From NCBI GenBank assembly GCA_017450905.1, contig JAFSST010000026.1:1-44217 (forward strand): a stretch of DNA of 44,217 nucleotides, in the 5' to 3' direction. The first letter of the stretch is position 1. The number at the start of each line of letters is the position of its first letter. Under the pieces are notes generated by a model. The model worked only from the letters and a program-made list of their open reading frames with translations, searched no databases and was not told the DNA's origin. Source of the stretch: Alphaproteobacteria bacterium (GTDB lineage Bacteria > Pseudomonadota > Alphaproteobacteria > Rs-D84). Of this stretch, positions 28,135 through 37,507 are shown piece after piece. The position numbers were made by a program, and so were the translations under genes.

Positions 28135-28867
28135 ATTTTATCAGTTTACCATTTTCGGCATCGAATTTTTCGGCCCTGATAATGACAGTTTTAGATTTGT
28201 ATTTCGGTGTCCCAGATTTTTTTACCGAATTTTTCCAATACACGGAACCGTCTGATAATCGTATTGCGTAAAGTTGTTTATCCGTATCCAATACAAAGGC
28301 CGTATCATTTGCGATTATAAATGGTTTTTCGACATTTATGTCTAAACACCACATTTTATTTCCGTCTTTATCGGCAATTTTACAAAAAGCACCGCCCATT
28401 CCCGCCGCATACACATAATTGCCACTTGTCTGGATTGGTGCGATAATGTCCAACACGGATGCACCACCGGTCATATTGCTTTGGCGAAAAATATCCGCAA
28501 TCCATACGATTTGACGGTTGCGTGTATTAACCTTGACCAATTCACCGGTCGACAGCCCCGCATACACAAATTCCCCGCGACACAAAACAGGCTTTTCCAC
28601 CGCAACAGAATTATTTGTGGCAAACCCGGAAAATATCCGTTTTTCGCCATTCCAAATTGTATTGGATGAATCCAGTTTATACGGACATTCCACCGCCGGG
28701 TTTTCGGCTAACTCTGTCGGCAAATTTGGCACGGGCTGGTCAATCATTTTTATTTGCGAGCCTTCGAATATGGCACTGCGTTCCCCGGGTAAAATCGGGT
28801 CGTGCTTGTCACATGCCGACACACCCAGGGCGATAAATGCACACAATAAAAATGGTGTTTTACGCAT
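28133..28867 (-). CDS. BamB-like PQQ-repeat beta-propeller lipoprotein, unusually short (244 aa)
   Basis: Lipobox ALGVSAC. Repeated blade motifs end in W (GEFVYAGLSTGELVKVNTRNRQIVW; GNYVYAAGMGGAFCKIADKDGNKMW; TAFVLDTDKQLYAIRLSDGSVYW). It sits in the conserved yfgM-like/bamB/der neighbourhood. Confidence 0.68.
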   Translation of the reverse strand: MRKTPFLLCAFIALGVSACDKHDPILPGERSAIFEGSQIKMIDQPVPNLPTELAENPAVECPYKLDSSNTIWNGEKRIFSGFATNNSVAVEKPVLCRGEFVYAGLSTGELVKVNTRNRQIVWIADIFRQSNMTGGASVLDIIAPIQTSGNYVYAAGMGGAFCKIADKDGNKMWCLDINVEKPFIIANDTAFVLDTDKQLYAIRLSDGSVYWKNSVKKSGTPKYKSKTVIIRAEKFDAENGKLIK

Positions 28868-28871
28868 AATT

Positions 28872-29522
28872 TTACCTTAATGTTTCCGCATCAGATTTTA
28901 TGCTTGCCGGGGCATCTGAATCGTTTATGATTTTATCCAACCACTTGTTTGCGTTTTCGCGGTCATCCACCGATAAATACTTTTGTGCGATGGTTAAACA
29001 CGCGGTGTAATAAAATGGCGAACTTTTGGTATTCAAATCAGACAAGAATTTTTCTAATTCATCGGCCGTCATTTTGTCCCCACGGATACCAACCAGATGG
29101 ATTTTCGCCAAATCACGAAAATCACGAGTTTTTCCATTTTGTGCCAATTCGTCCAATTTTTTCTCATCGTTACTTAACAGATATGCGTTCCACAATGCCA
29201 AATCAGCGGTGGCACCGTGTGCATTTTTTGAAATTCCAACCAATGCATTTGCATCAGAATTAGCCAACGCGGTTTCATAATTTGCCGCAGTTGCCAATTT
29301 TGCCGCACGATGTGCCCGTTGACCAAATTGAATTGCGATTGTTACAAGCATTATCATCAATGCACCCGCAATCATGTATTTCCCATATTTTTTCAAAAAT
29401 TTTTGTGTTTTTTCATTGTTCACATCTTCCCATACTTCGCGATACAGTGCGTCTTCGGCGTGTTCCTGCATAGTTTTTTTCTGGGGTTTTAATTTTTTGT
29501 TTCTTTCCAAAATCGTTGCCAT
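28872..29522 (-). CDS. YfgM-like membrane-anchored TPR-type protein
   Basis: A charged N-terminus is followed by a single TM (YMIAGALMIMLVTIAIQF) and a helical-repeat periplasmic domain. It lies 4 nt upstream of the bamB-like gene. Confidence 0.62.
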   Translation of the reverse strand: MATILERNKKLKPQKKTMQEHAEDALYREVWEDVNNEKTQKFLKKYGKYMIAGALMIMLVTIAIQFGQRAHRAAKLATAANYETALANSDANALVGISKNAHGATADLALWNAYLLSNDEKKLDELAQNGKTRDFRDLAKIHLVGIRGDKMTADELEKFLSDLNTKSSPFYYTACLTIAQKYLSVDDRENANKWLDKIINDSDAPASIKSDAETLR

Positions 29523-29552
29523 GGGATATTCTCCTGTATTTTATATGGTGTC

Positions 29553-29580
29553 TTGAAAAATTCTAATTTCTTGCTATACT
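29553..29580 (+). promoter_or_regulatory. Strong sigma70-type promoter of rpoH, positioned for a (near-)leaderless mRNA
   Basis: TTGAAA (29553-29558), 16-nt spacer, TATACT (29575-29580). Only 9 nt separate the -10 hexamer from ATG 29590, and there is no SD. Confidence 0.55.
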
Positions 29581-29589
29581 ATAAACATA

Positions 29590-30513
29590 ATGGCGAAACA
29601 AATCAAGAACGCTTTACCGGTTGCAAAAACATCCAATGGAATTGTTCCTTTTGGGTCGGATGATGTTGGGTTAACCCAATATATTCGGATGATTCAGCAA
29701 TTCCCGATATTGACCGCGGACCAGGAATATGATTATGCGACAAAATGGGTTAAAAATCATGATAATGTCGCGGCGGAAAAGTTATTGGTCAGTCATCTGC
29801 GTTTGGTTGTGTCGGTTGCGTACGATTTCAAAAACTATGGCATCCCTGTCCAGGATTTAGTTGCCAGTGGTAATATGGGCCTGATGCAGGCATTACAAAA
29901 ATTTGACCCGGAAAAAGGTTTTCGTTTTTCGACCTATGCAATGTTTTGGATCAAGGCCGAGATATATGAAACCATATTAAACAATTGGTCTATTGTGAAA
30001 ATAGGAACATCGGCGAATCAAAAACGTGTGTTCTTTAACCTGGCACGGGCAAAGCGTGCATTGGGCATTATGAACGGTAACCTGTCCGATGACCAGGCCG
30101 AACAAATTGCTAATTATTTGAAGGTTCCAACCGATGATGTAAAACGTATGTCGACACGTGTGGTTGCACGCGATTTGTCGCTTAATGCACCGGCACACAA
30201 CAGTGAACCTGACAGTATTGATTTATTATCAAATTTGTCCGATGAACGTGTTTCGGTGGTTGATGATATTGAACGCAGGGAATTTCGCAAACGTGGTTAT
30301 GCACTGTTAAAAAAACATTTGGCTAACTTGTCCGACCGTGATCGCGAAATTTTAATTGCTCGCCGATTAAAAGACCCAACCGAAACGTTAGAGGTTTTAT
30401 CAAAAAAATACGGTGTTTCACGTGAACGTGTGCGTCAAATAGAAGAACGTGCGTTTAATAAATTGCGTGAGGCGATTTTACAAGAAAGCACAGGGAAAAA
30501 AGATGTCGACTAG
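29590..30513 (+). CDS. rpoH: RNA polymerase sigma-32 (heat-shock sigma factor RpoH)
   Basis: Region 2 (LVSHLRLVVSVAYDFKNYGIPVQDLVASGNMGLMQALQKFDP), an RpoH-box-like segment (SANQKRVFFNLARAKR) and the region 4 HTH (LEVLSKKYGVSRERVRQIEERA). Confidence 0.92.
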   Translation: MAKQIKNALPVAKTSNGIVPFGSDDVGLTQYIRMIQQFPILTADQEYDYATKWVKNHDNVAAEKLLVSHLRLVVSVAYDFKNYGIPVQDLVASGNMGLMQALQKFDPEKGFRFSTYAMFWIKAEIYETILNNWSIVKIGTSANQKRVFFNLARAKRALGIMNGNLSDDQAEQIANYLKVPTDDVKRMSTRVVARDLSLNAPAHNSEPDSIDLLSNLSDERVSVVDDIERREFRKRGYALLKKHLANLSDRDREILIARRLKDPTETLEVLSKKYGVSRERVRQIEERAFNKLREAILQESTGKKDVD

Positions 30514-31537
30514 AATAAAAAGGGTGTCGTTTGGGATATTGACATCGGTTGCAACGATTTTGTCGTTACAATCTGCATACGCGTTATCACAAAAGGTTGG
30601 TGATTTTGATTTCAGATTAAATGGATATGGAACGGCCGGGTTTATTGAAACCGAAAAGCCTATATTTCTGGGTGATTTTTCCATCAAGACCCAGGCTTTA
30701 TACACCCCGTCAAATGTTCACACGTTTGGATTGGTATATGTTATGGACGCAACCGCGTTGGATGAAAAAGAATGGTTTCACCAGGCCTTTGGTTTTTGGC
30801 AATGGCGTGGTGTTGGCCGTATAGAGGCCGGTTTCACAGAATCGGTGGCACACAAATTGGGATTGGGGTTGCCGGATGTTGGTGGCTTAAAATTAAATGA
30901 AAATTCGTGGATTTATAAAAAGATAGGTTCCGATGGTCCGGTTATTGCAAATACTGTTTTGACAACCGGCCACGAAGCGGTGCGGTTAAATGTGGTGTCC
31001 GCATCAAATTCTGTTTCGCAATATGGGGTTTCGGTATCGGGATTAACCGATGAATATGATTTTGGTGTTGATGCCGGAATAAAACTGAAACAGTCGCGTG
31101 GCAAAACAAAAACAGCGATGTCATTGGCGGCATCTTTCTTGAATGATTTGGATGATTATGCAAGTGATACTTTTACGCCAAAAACAACGGCGGATTGGCG
31201 GGCCCAGGTTGCGGTCGGATTAAATGTTCAATATAACAGTTGGATTTTCGGGTTGAACGCACGTGCGGTTTATGATGAAAACCCAACAGGTTTTGTTACT
31301 ACTGATGGTATTGCCGCCGGTGCGGGGGTCAGTTATGATTTGTTGAATTATACATTGTCGTTGTCCTATGTTTTATCCGATACGGGTATATGGCATTCAT
31401 GGGCGGACGAATATGTCGATAATACGGTCGTTGCATCGTTCAGGTATAAGTATTCCAAGTTTGTTGATGTGTGGTCTTCACTGGGCATAACACGCCACGA
31501 ACCATTTTTATCGGCGGGATTACGGCTAACGTTTTAA
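30503..31537 (+). CDS. Outer membrane beta-barrel (porin-like) protein
   Basis: Signal peptide MSTRIKRVSFGILTSVATILSLQSAYA, alternating amphipathic strands, and a C-terminal ...GLRLTF with terminal Phe (OMP sorting signature). The ATG at 30503 overlaps the rpoH 3' end by 11 nt. Confidence 0.7.
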   Translation: MSTRIKRVSFGILTSVATILSLQSAYALSQKVGDFDFRLNGYGTAGFIETEKPIFLGDFSIKTQALYTPSNVHTFGLVYVMDATALDEKEWFHQAFGFWQWRGVGRIEAGFTESVAHKLGLGLPDVGGLKLNENSWIYKKIGSDGPVIANTVLTTGHEAVRLNVVSASNSVSQYGVSVSGLTDEYDFGVDAGIKLKQSRGKTKTAMSLAASFLNDLDDYASDTFTPKTTADWRAQVAVGLNVQYNSWIFGLNARAVYDENPTGFVTTDGIAAGAGVSYDLLNYTLSLSYVLSDTGIWHSWADEYVDNTVVASFRYKYSKFVDVWSSLGITRHEPFLSAGLRLTF

Positions 31538-31544
31538 TGGTAAT

Positions 31545-31572
31545 AAAAAAAACGCCCGGATGGGCGTTTTTT
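31545..31572. terminator. Bidirectional terminator
   Basis: AAAAAAAACGCCC-GGAT-GGGCGTTTTTT. Confidence 0.85.
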
Positions 31573-31589
31573 GATGTATCAAAATCGAT

Positions 31590-32558
31590 TTACATTTCGG
31601 AAATCAATTTCTGTAAACGGTCCATTGTTTCCGCATCGTTCAACGAAGAAGCAATTGCGATGGCTGCTTCTAAATCGCTGCGAGCAGACGCAACATTACC
31701 GATGTTCAAATTCAATGCCGCAGACTTTTCAAAATATGTCATCGCACGATTTGACAGGTCTTCTTTTTGTTCGGATGATGTTGCACCCTGGATTTGTTCA
31801 GAAATTACACGAATTGCCGATGTGTAATCATTGATGGCTTCTTGGTATTCACCAAGTGCCGTGTATGCCTCGGCACGTTCGGCATATACGGACGGTGTAA
31901 CGACACCTTCGGGACGTGCCAACGAGTTTTTATAATCGGCAACCGCACCCTCCCAATTCTTTAACCACAGGTTCAATTGGCCGCGTTTCGCATACAAATC
32001 ACGCATCTGTAAAACATCGTTCGGATTAGATGCGTATGTTGCCAATGCGTTGTTAATATCGTTCATTGCCGCGGTATAATCTTCAACACGTGTGTTTAAT
32101 AACGAACGGTCATAATATGCGATAGAGTTTTTATCGTCAATTTCCAACGCCGCATTGAAATCGTTCATTGCGTTTTGATAATTGCCGATTTGCATATACG
32201 CTTCCCCACGCAGGATATAGGCATCAATTGCGTTTTTGTTTGTTTCGATTGCCGTTGTTAAATCAGCAATAGCATCTTCGATATTTCCGGATAAAATTTC
32301 ACTTTTGCCACGGATGTAATAATCGTTTGCCTGCATCAAGGTTTCTTCAACAATTTCGTTGTTTTGTGATTTGATGTTTGTATTATGACTGCGTCCCAAG
32401 ATATAAAATGTTGCCGCAATAAAGAACAAAATTATAAACCAATAAACATAAATTGAAACCGACCAATTGGTTTTGGCTGTGCGTTCAGATGTTTTAACCT
32501 GGACACCACGTGGTGCAACGACCTTTTTATTTTGTTTTTTGATGATGTTTTTTTTCAT
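31590..32558 (-). CDS. Membrane-anchored tetratricopeptide-repeat protein
   Basis: An N-terminal basic region is followed by a TM (WSVSIYVYWFIILFFIAATFYIL) and then about 6 TPR units (e.g. AYILRGEAYMQIGNYQNAMNDFNAALEIDDKN). Confidence 0.75.
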   Translation of the reverse strand: MKKNIIKKQNKKVVAPRGVQVKTSERTAKTNWSVSIYVYWFIILFFIAATFYILGRSHNTNIKSQNNEIVEETLMQANDYYIRGKSEILSGNIEDAIADLTTAIETNKNAIDAYILRGEAYMQIGNYQNAMNDFNAALEIDDKNSIAYYDRSLLNTRVEDYTAAMNDINNALATYASNPNDVLQMRDLYAKRGQLNLWLKNWEGAVADYKNSLARPEGVVTPSVYAERAEAYTALGEYQEAINDYTSAIRVISEQIQGATSSEQKEDLSNRAMTYFEKSAALNLNIGNVASARSDLEAAIAIASSLNDAETMDRLQKLISEM

Positions 32559-32583
32559 GTAAAACTCCCTTCCGTTGATAAGA

Positions 32584-33285
32584 TTATAGAAGGTTTTTTG
32601 TTAACTCGTCAATTGTTTTTTGTTCGATTTGAATAATTTTTCCCACGGGTAAATTTTTCAAACTTATTGGCCCGAAACTGGTTCTGTGCAGGGTTTTGAC
32701 CGGCAATCCACAATGTTTTAAAACTATGCGGATTTCATTCTTTTTACCTTCGGTTACAGTGATGCGTAATTTTTTTGTGGGCATAACTTCTATTTTCATT
32801 GGGCGATATTTTATTCCATCAATGGTTACACCCGAACGGGCCTTGTCCAATTTTGACATATTGTTTCCGTTAACATCGGCAATGTATGTGCGTGGAATGT
32901 TTGAAGCAGGCTGGGTTAATTTTCGTGCCAACAACCCATCATTTGTCATCAATAATAATCCGGTTGTTTTATAATCTAATCGTCCAACGTATTTCAGGTT
33001 TTTATATTCCGCCGGTAATATGTCGTATATTGTTTTACGTCCGCGTGGGTCCGCCGTGGTTGTCATTGTATTGATAGGCTTGTGAAAAGCGTATAATTTT
33101 GTATCGGTTCGTTTTTCTATCTTTTTCCCGTTGATGGTTATGATGTCCGAATCTTCAACGAACAATACCGGTGTTGTCGCGACCGCACCATTGATGGCAA
33201 CCGCACCGTGTGCAATTAATTCTTCGGCTTTGCGGCGTGATGCGATACCGGCATCAGCGATAAATTTTGCGATTCGTATTTTCAT
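32584..33285 (-). CDS. Pseudouridine synthase, RsuA/RluB family, with N-terminal S4 domain
   Basis: MKIRIAKFIADAGIASRRKAEELI (S4 domain), catalytic motif YVGRLDYKTTGLLLMTNDG. Start set at ATG 33285; the ORF-track extension is Cys/Arg-rich and overlaps rsmE. Confidence 0.88.
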   Translation of the reverse strand: MKIRIAKFIADAGIASRRKAEELIAHGAVAINGAVATTPVLFVEDSDIITINGKKIEKRTDTKLYAFHKPINTMTTTADPRGRKTIYDILPAEYKNLKYVGRLDYKTTGLLLMTNDGLLARKLTQPASNIPRTYIADVNGNNMSKLDKARSGVTIDGIKYRPMKIEVMPTKKLRITVTEGKKNEIRIVLKHCGLPVKTLHRTSFGPISLKNLPVGKIIQIEQKTIDELTKNLL

Positions 33286-33938
33286 TGTGTTATCTTTCCA
33301 ATTGCAACAACCGCGGCAACTTCGGCACGCAGAATAGTTTTTCCCAATGATATCCCGCACGCATCCGCCGAATCCAGTGCCGAAAATTCATCATCTGAAA
33401 ATCCGCCTTCGGGACCAATGAGTATCGATTTTGCATCCGTTGGTATTGCACAGGCCGGACGACCATAGGCAACACGTTCATCTGCAAAGCAAATGTTTGA
33501 CAGGTTTAAGTCTGAAAACTTAATTGGTTGGCGTATTTCGGGAACACTGTTACGATTCGATTGTTCGGCGGCCTCGATAACTATTTTTTTCATACGTTCC
33601 CAATTTATGTGATGTGCAACGGTGCGTTCGGTGATAACCGGTTGAAAACAGGCGACCCCCATTTGGGTTGCCATATTCAACATATCATCCAATCGCTTGA
33701 TTGGTGCAAACATCAATTTAATATCGCCCGATGGGTCAGAATGATTCGTTTGTTCGCCAATTATCAGGGAACGTTCATCATCCGCCAAATTTGCGGAAAA
33801 TTCAACCCCACTGTTGAAACACAGGCATTTTTTTGTTCGCATCACGTGCGTCAGATAATGAGACAATGATTTATCAATCGCAACGATTTGGTTTGATTTT
33901 ATTTCCTGGTCAATAAAAATTCTTGGTATATTTTTCAT
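33282..33938 (-). CDS. rsmE: 16S rRNA m3U1498 methyltransferase RsmE
   Basis: IPRIFIDQ...HYLTHVMRTKKC (PUA-like N-domain) and a SPOUT C-domain (IEAAEQSNRNSVPEI..., ILIGPEGGFSDDE..., LGKTILRAEVAAV). The stop overlaps the next gene start. Confidence 0.85.
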   Translation of the reverse strand: MKNIPRIFIDQEIKSNQIVAIDKSLSHYLTHVMRTKKCLCFNSGVEFSANLADDERSLIIGEQTNHSDPSGDIKLMFAPIKRLDDMLNMATQMGVACFQPVITERTVAHHINWERMKKIVIEAAEQSNRNSVPEIRQPIKFSDLNLSNICFADERVAYGRPACAIPTDAKSILIGPEGGFSDDEFSALDSADACGISLGKTILRAEVAAVVAIGKITQ

Positions 33939-33976
33939 AAAAAGAAATTTCCTGACTTTATAATTGTTAAATTTTC

Positions 33977-33985
33977 TGATATAAT
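33977..33985 (+). promoter_or_regulatory. Extended -10 promoter (TGaTATAAT) 9 nt upstream of the coupling-protein ATG
   Basis: TG at 33977-33978 and TATAAT at 33980-33985. ATG at 33995 has no SD, so the expected transcription start site (TSS) is 1-3 nt from the ATG. Confidence 0.5.
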
Positions 33986-33994
33986 CATAACACA

Positions 33995-36238
33995 ATGGCA
34001 GAAAAGTTCAAGATTTTATCCGCAGGAAAAGACAGCAAGGGTTTGAATATATTCAAATCCAGTGCTTACGAGGAACACGAACAAACACCAATGGCACAAA
34101 CTTTTTGGGTTTTGCGTTGGACTGTTACGGTTTGGTTAATATGTGCGGTTGTGTTTTGCTTTTCATTTATATTTGAACATATCTGGCGGTATGGTTGGTC
34201 GCCGGCGACATTTACGTGGATACGTGTGTATCTGTCGAATTTGTTTCATACGTTTGGTTTTTCTGCGATTGCATCGGTCCCAGATTGGATTGTTCGTTGT
34301 TTTATGAATCCTGATTATGCGTGTATTGTTCCGCTGTTGCCGATAATTGCGTTTTTTATTTTGACCGATGAAACGCTGAAAAAGGAATTTAATCCGTATG
34401 GCAAGGACAAGTACGATAAAAAATCTTCACGTGTTGCGAACGAAGAAGATGTTAAAAAAATGGGCTTGTTTGATGGTTTTATGATGGTTTTGGGGTATTT
34501 CAAGAAAAAACCTTTGAAATTGCCTAAAACATTATCGGTTTTGTGTTTGGCACCTCCGGGAACCGGTAAAACCCAGGGCGTTGTATTGCCGACCATTTTT
34601 GAATGTGATGATGTTTCTATGATTATAAACGACCCTAAACCCGAAGTGGACAAGGCTTCCAGTGGTTATCGTGCAACCAAGGGACCGGTGTTTATTATGG
34701 ATTGGGGTGGTCAAGACGAACCAGACAAGGGAATTTATTATCCATCGTGGAATCCGTTGTCGCCGGGACATATCCCGTTCAGTGTCGAACAACGCGAATT
34801 GTATGTTGACTATATTTGCGATGTGTTGGTGCCTGATGCCGTGGGCAGCAGTGCCGACCCCCACTGGACACAATCTGGACGTGCCGGATTGGCGGGATTT
34901 ATTCAATTTATTGTTTCCAAAATTGAACGTGCCAAGGCCGATGATTATTTCTATTCGCGTTTGCAATCTGGGACATTTGATGCCCAAGATGCGGCGGTTT
35001 TATCGGACTATTATTTTTCAATGGTAAATGACCCAAATGCCTTTGCCGCCCAGGCATTGATTAAAAATGGTGAATTAAACGCAATGAATTATGTCCACGT
35101 TGGTTCGTGGGCGAATATACCATCGGCATGGTTGGGCAAAGAGGCATCTTTTTCTATGATGTTGGATTGGATTACCGAGGCACAAATCGCCGTTGCAAAT
35201 GATTTGGCGGAACGTCAAAAGCAGGGCGACCAGACCGTTATGATGGCGGACCCATTAAAAGATTGGTTGGATGCGGCGGTGAACGAGGCACGTGCGTTTT
35301 CTTATTCAAACCGTGCGGTGGCGGAACTTACCAAATTGGCAAATACGCCGTCAACGGAACGCGGTTCTATTTTGTCGACAATTTTGACGGGCTTGGCGAT
35401 ATTCAGAAACGCGGCTGTTCGGAACAGAACATCTCATTCGGATTTTCATTTTTCTGATATGCGTGGGATGATTGACCCGGCTGATGGCAAGATGAAACCA
35501 GTAACGGTTTATCTGTCTATTAATATGGTTGATGCCAAGGCATTAAATCCGATTACCGCGATATTTATTGAAACTATGTCGAATTTCTTGTTGGCAAATC
35601 CGCCGGAACACGTTGGACGCAGTGGCGAAAAAATGGGGCCGTATCCGGTGTTGTTCCTGTTGGACGAAATGCCGAAAATGCAAAAGTTGCAGGCTGTTAT
35701 CCAGGGGCCTGATGTTGGACGTGGTCAAAAAATTTCCTATTTGTTCATTGGTCAGGATTTACACCAAATAGCGGAAAAATACGGAAATGATGCGGCATCT
35801 ACGTTGATATCAACAACCGCGGCCAAGGTCGTTTTGCGACAAAATGATATTGACACGGCAAAACGTTTTGCGGAAATGATGCCACGTAAAATCACAATGA
35901 AAAAAGAAAAAGGTGCGGACGGCAAAGAGGTCGAAGTTCCAAAAGAAGAACCTTTGTTCAGTGAATATGATATTTTGAAGTTAAAAGATGCCAAGGATGA
36001 TAAACCGGGCGAGGTCCTTATTCTTTACGAGGGGTGGTATCATCGACCGATTAAGGGTGAATTGCGATTTGCTTATGCTGATCCAAAATTGTCCACTTAT
36101 ATTAAAATGGGTCGTTCATCGCCTTTGCCGGAATTTTTGGTACCGACACATCATGCGATATTGGAATATGCGGGAACGCCACGTTTTTATAATCCACAAA
36201 CCAAGGAATTAAAAGAACTGGTTCCGGAAAATAAATAA
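33995..36238 (+). CDS. Type IV secretion coupling protein-like ATPase (VirD4/TraG/TraD family)
   Basis: N-terminal TM helices (FWVLRWTVTVWLICAVVFCFSFIF; ACIVPLLPIIAFFILT), Walker A LCLAPPGTGKTQGVVLPT (nt 34550-34573) followed by IINDPKPE, Walker B PVLFLLDEMPKM, and the T4CP C-terminal motif YLFIGQDLHQIAEKYG...VVLRQND. Confidence 0.85.
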   Translation: MAEKFKILSAGKDSKGLNIFKSSAYEEHEQTPMAQTFWVLRWTVTVWLICAVVFCFSFIFEHIWRYGWSPATFTWIRVYLSNLFHTFGFSAIASVPDWIVRCFMNPDYACIVPLLPIIAFFILTDETLKKEFNPYGKDKYDKKSSRVANEEDVKKMGLFDGFMMVLGYFKKKPLKLPKTLSVLCLAPPGTGKTQGVVLPTIFECDDVSMIINDPKPEVDKASSGYRATKGPVFIMDWGGQDEPDKGIYYPSWNPLSPGHIPFSVEQRELYVDYICDVLVPDAVGSSADPHWTQSGRAGLAGFIQFIVSKIERAKADDYFYSRLQSGTFDAQDAAVLSDYYFSMVNDPNAFAAQALIKNGELNAMNYVHVGSWANIPSAWLGKEASFSMMLDWITEAQIAVANDLAERQKQGDQTVMMADPLKDWLDAAVNEARAFSYSNRAVAELTKLANTPSTERGSILSTILTGLAIFRNAAVRNRTSHSDFHFSDMRGMIDPADGKMKPVTVYLSINMVDAKALNPITAIFIETMSNFLLANPPEHVGRSGEKMGPYPVLFLLDEMPKMQKLQAVIQGPDVGRGQKISYLFIGQDLHQIAEKYGNDAASTLISTTAAKVVLRQNDIDTAKRFAEMMPRKITMKKEKGADGKEVEVPKEEPLFSEYDILKLKDAKDDKPGEVLILYEGWYHRPIKGELRFAYADPKLSTYIKMGRSSPLPEFLVPTHHAILEYAGTPRFYNPQTKELKELVPENK

Positions 36239-36243
36239 TAACG

Positions 36244-37491
36244 ATGTTCAGGTTTTGTTGTTCTTTATTGACGTTGTGTTTGTTATCTGGTTGTGCGATG
36301 ACGGTCGAGAGACATTTGGATTCTGTGCGGAATGATTTCCTGGGGACGAACGAGATTGATAAAGATTTTTCAAATAAAAATAATCTGGATTTATTGTTTA
36401 CGGCGGATTCATTGTTTCACACAATGGATTATTCGTCTGCTGATGCCGCATACGAAGAATTTAACAAAAGAAATACGGATGTAACACGGGCAAGTTTTTC
36501 CCGTGAAGCCACAAGTGTATTATTCGGGGCAAATGTAAACGAATATCGGCCATATATGATGGATATGCTGTTCGTGTCGTATTATCAGTTGTGGATGGCG
36601 TTGGCCGAATCCAGATATGACGATGCACGTGTCATAATAAACCAATCATATGCACGCCAGCAAGATATGTCGCGTGCCTATGCCAAAACCATAGAAAACA
36701 ATAAACAAGAATTATTAAAACATTCTGAATTGAATCGTGCTTTGGAATCAGATAACACGACATGGACGGCATATCGTGATATTATGAATCCGGCCTTGAT
36801 GTATTTGTCGGGAATTTACTTTTTGAATAACGGCGAATTTAGTGATGCGGAAACATATTTGAAACGTGCGTCTGGGATGATGCCTAATAACAGTTTTATT
36901 GCGTCTGATTTAAAATATGCGGAAAAAGAAACGGTTCCGAATAATACCGTGTGGGTGTTTATCGAAGATGGTTTCGCACCAAAATTGGTTGAAAAGCGTG
37001 TCAGTTTGCCGATTGTTTCGGGGGATGTTAAATCAATGGTTACGGTGGCAACATCCGAACCAAAGTTTTTTAATTCCACCATCAAAATAGATGCCGCCCA
37101 GGATTTAGCAAATGTTGATGCGATGTTTATGACCGAATACAACGAATACAGGATAAATGATACGGCACGTGCGTTAACATCTGCGGTGGCACGTATGGCG
37201 TTACAATCATCGGTATATAATTCAAAAAACAGTGTCGCACCAATTCTGGGGTTGTTGTCAACCGCTTATTCGGAAATTACAACAAATGCCGATATCAGGA
37301 CATGGGTTACGTTACCCAAAAACATATCGGTTATGCGTGTGCAAAAAAATAAAAGCGGCTTGATTGATTTAACATCAAATGGTAATCTTATATCACAGGT
37401 GTCTGTCCCGAACGATGGAAATAATTATCTGGTTTATGTTCGTGTTGGGAAAAACAAATATGATACCAAGGTAATAAAATTAAAAAAATAA
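36244..37491 (+). CDS. Lipoprotein (415 aa), helical-repeat N-half; resembles the large lipoproteins often paired with LpoB-like genes
   Basis: Lipobox LCLLSGC. It has TPR-like helices (FHTMDYSSADAAYEEF, NNGEFSDAETYLKRASGMMPNN). It starts 5 nt after the T4CP stop and ends 16 nt before the next lipoprotein gene. Confidence 0.6.
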   Translation: MFRFCCSLLTLCLLSGCAMTVERHLDSVRNDFLGTNEIDKDFSNKNNLDLLFTADSLFHTMDYSSADAAYEEFNKRNTDVTRASFSREATSVLFGANVNEYRPYMMDMLFVSYYQLWMALAESRYDDARVIINQSYARQQDMSRAYAKTIENNKQELLKHSELNRALESDNTTWTAYRDIMNPALMYLSGIYFLNNGEFSDAETYLKRASGMMPNNSFIASDLKYAEKETVPNNTVWVFIEDGFAPKLVEKRVSLPIVSGDVKSMVTVATSEPKFFNSTIKIDAAQDLANVDAMFMTEYNEYRINDTARALTSAVARMALQSSVYNSKNSVAPILGLLSTAYSEITTNADIRTWVTLPKNISVMRVQKNKSGLIDLTSNGNLISQVSVPNDGNNYLVYVRVGKNKYDTKVIKLKK

Positions 37492-37507
37492 AACCAAGGG
37501 GGAAAAT

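Noticed and set aside
33995-34093. An alternative start for the coupling protein at the internal Met (MAQTFWVL..., codon 33).
   Set aside because: GAGGAA lies about 15 nt upstream, which is too far for a good SD. The upstream ATG at 33995 sits exactly where a leaderless transcript from the TGaTATAAT box would begin. The internal start cannot be excluded without TSS or proteomic data.
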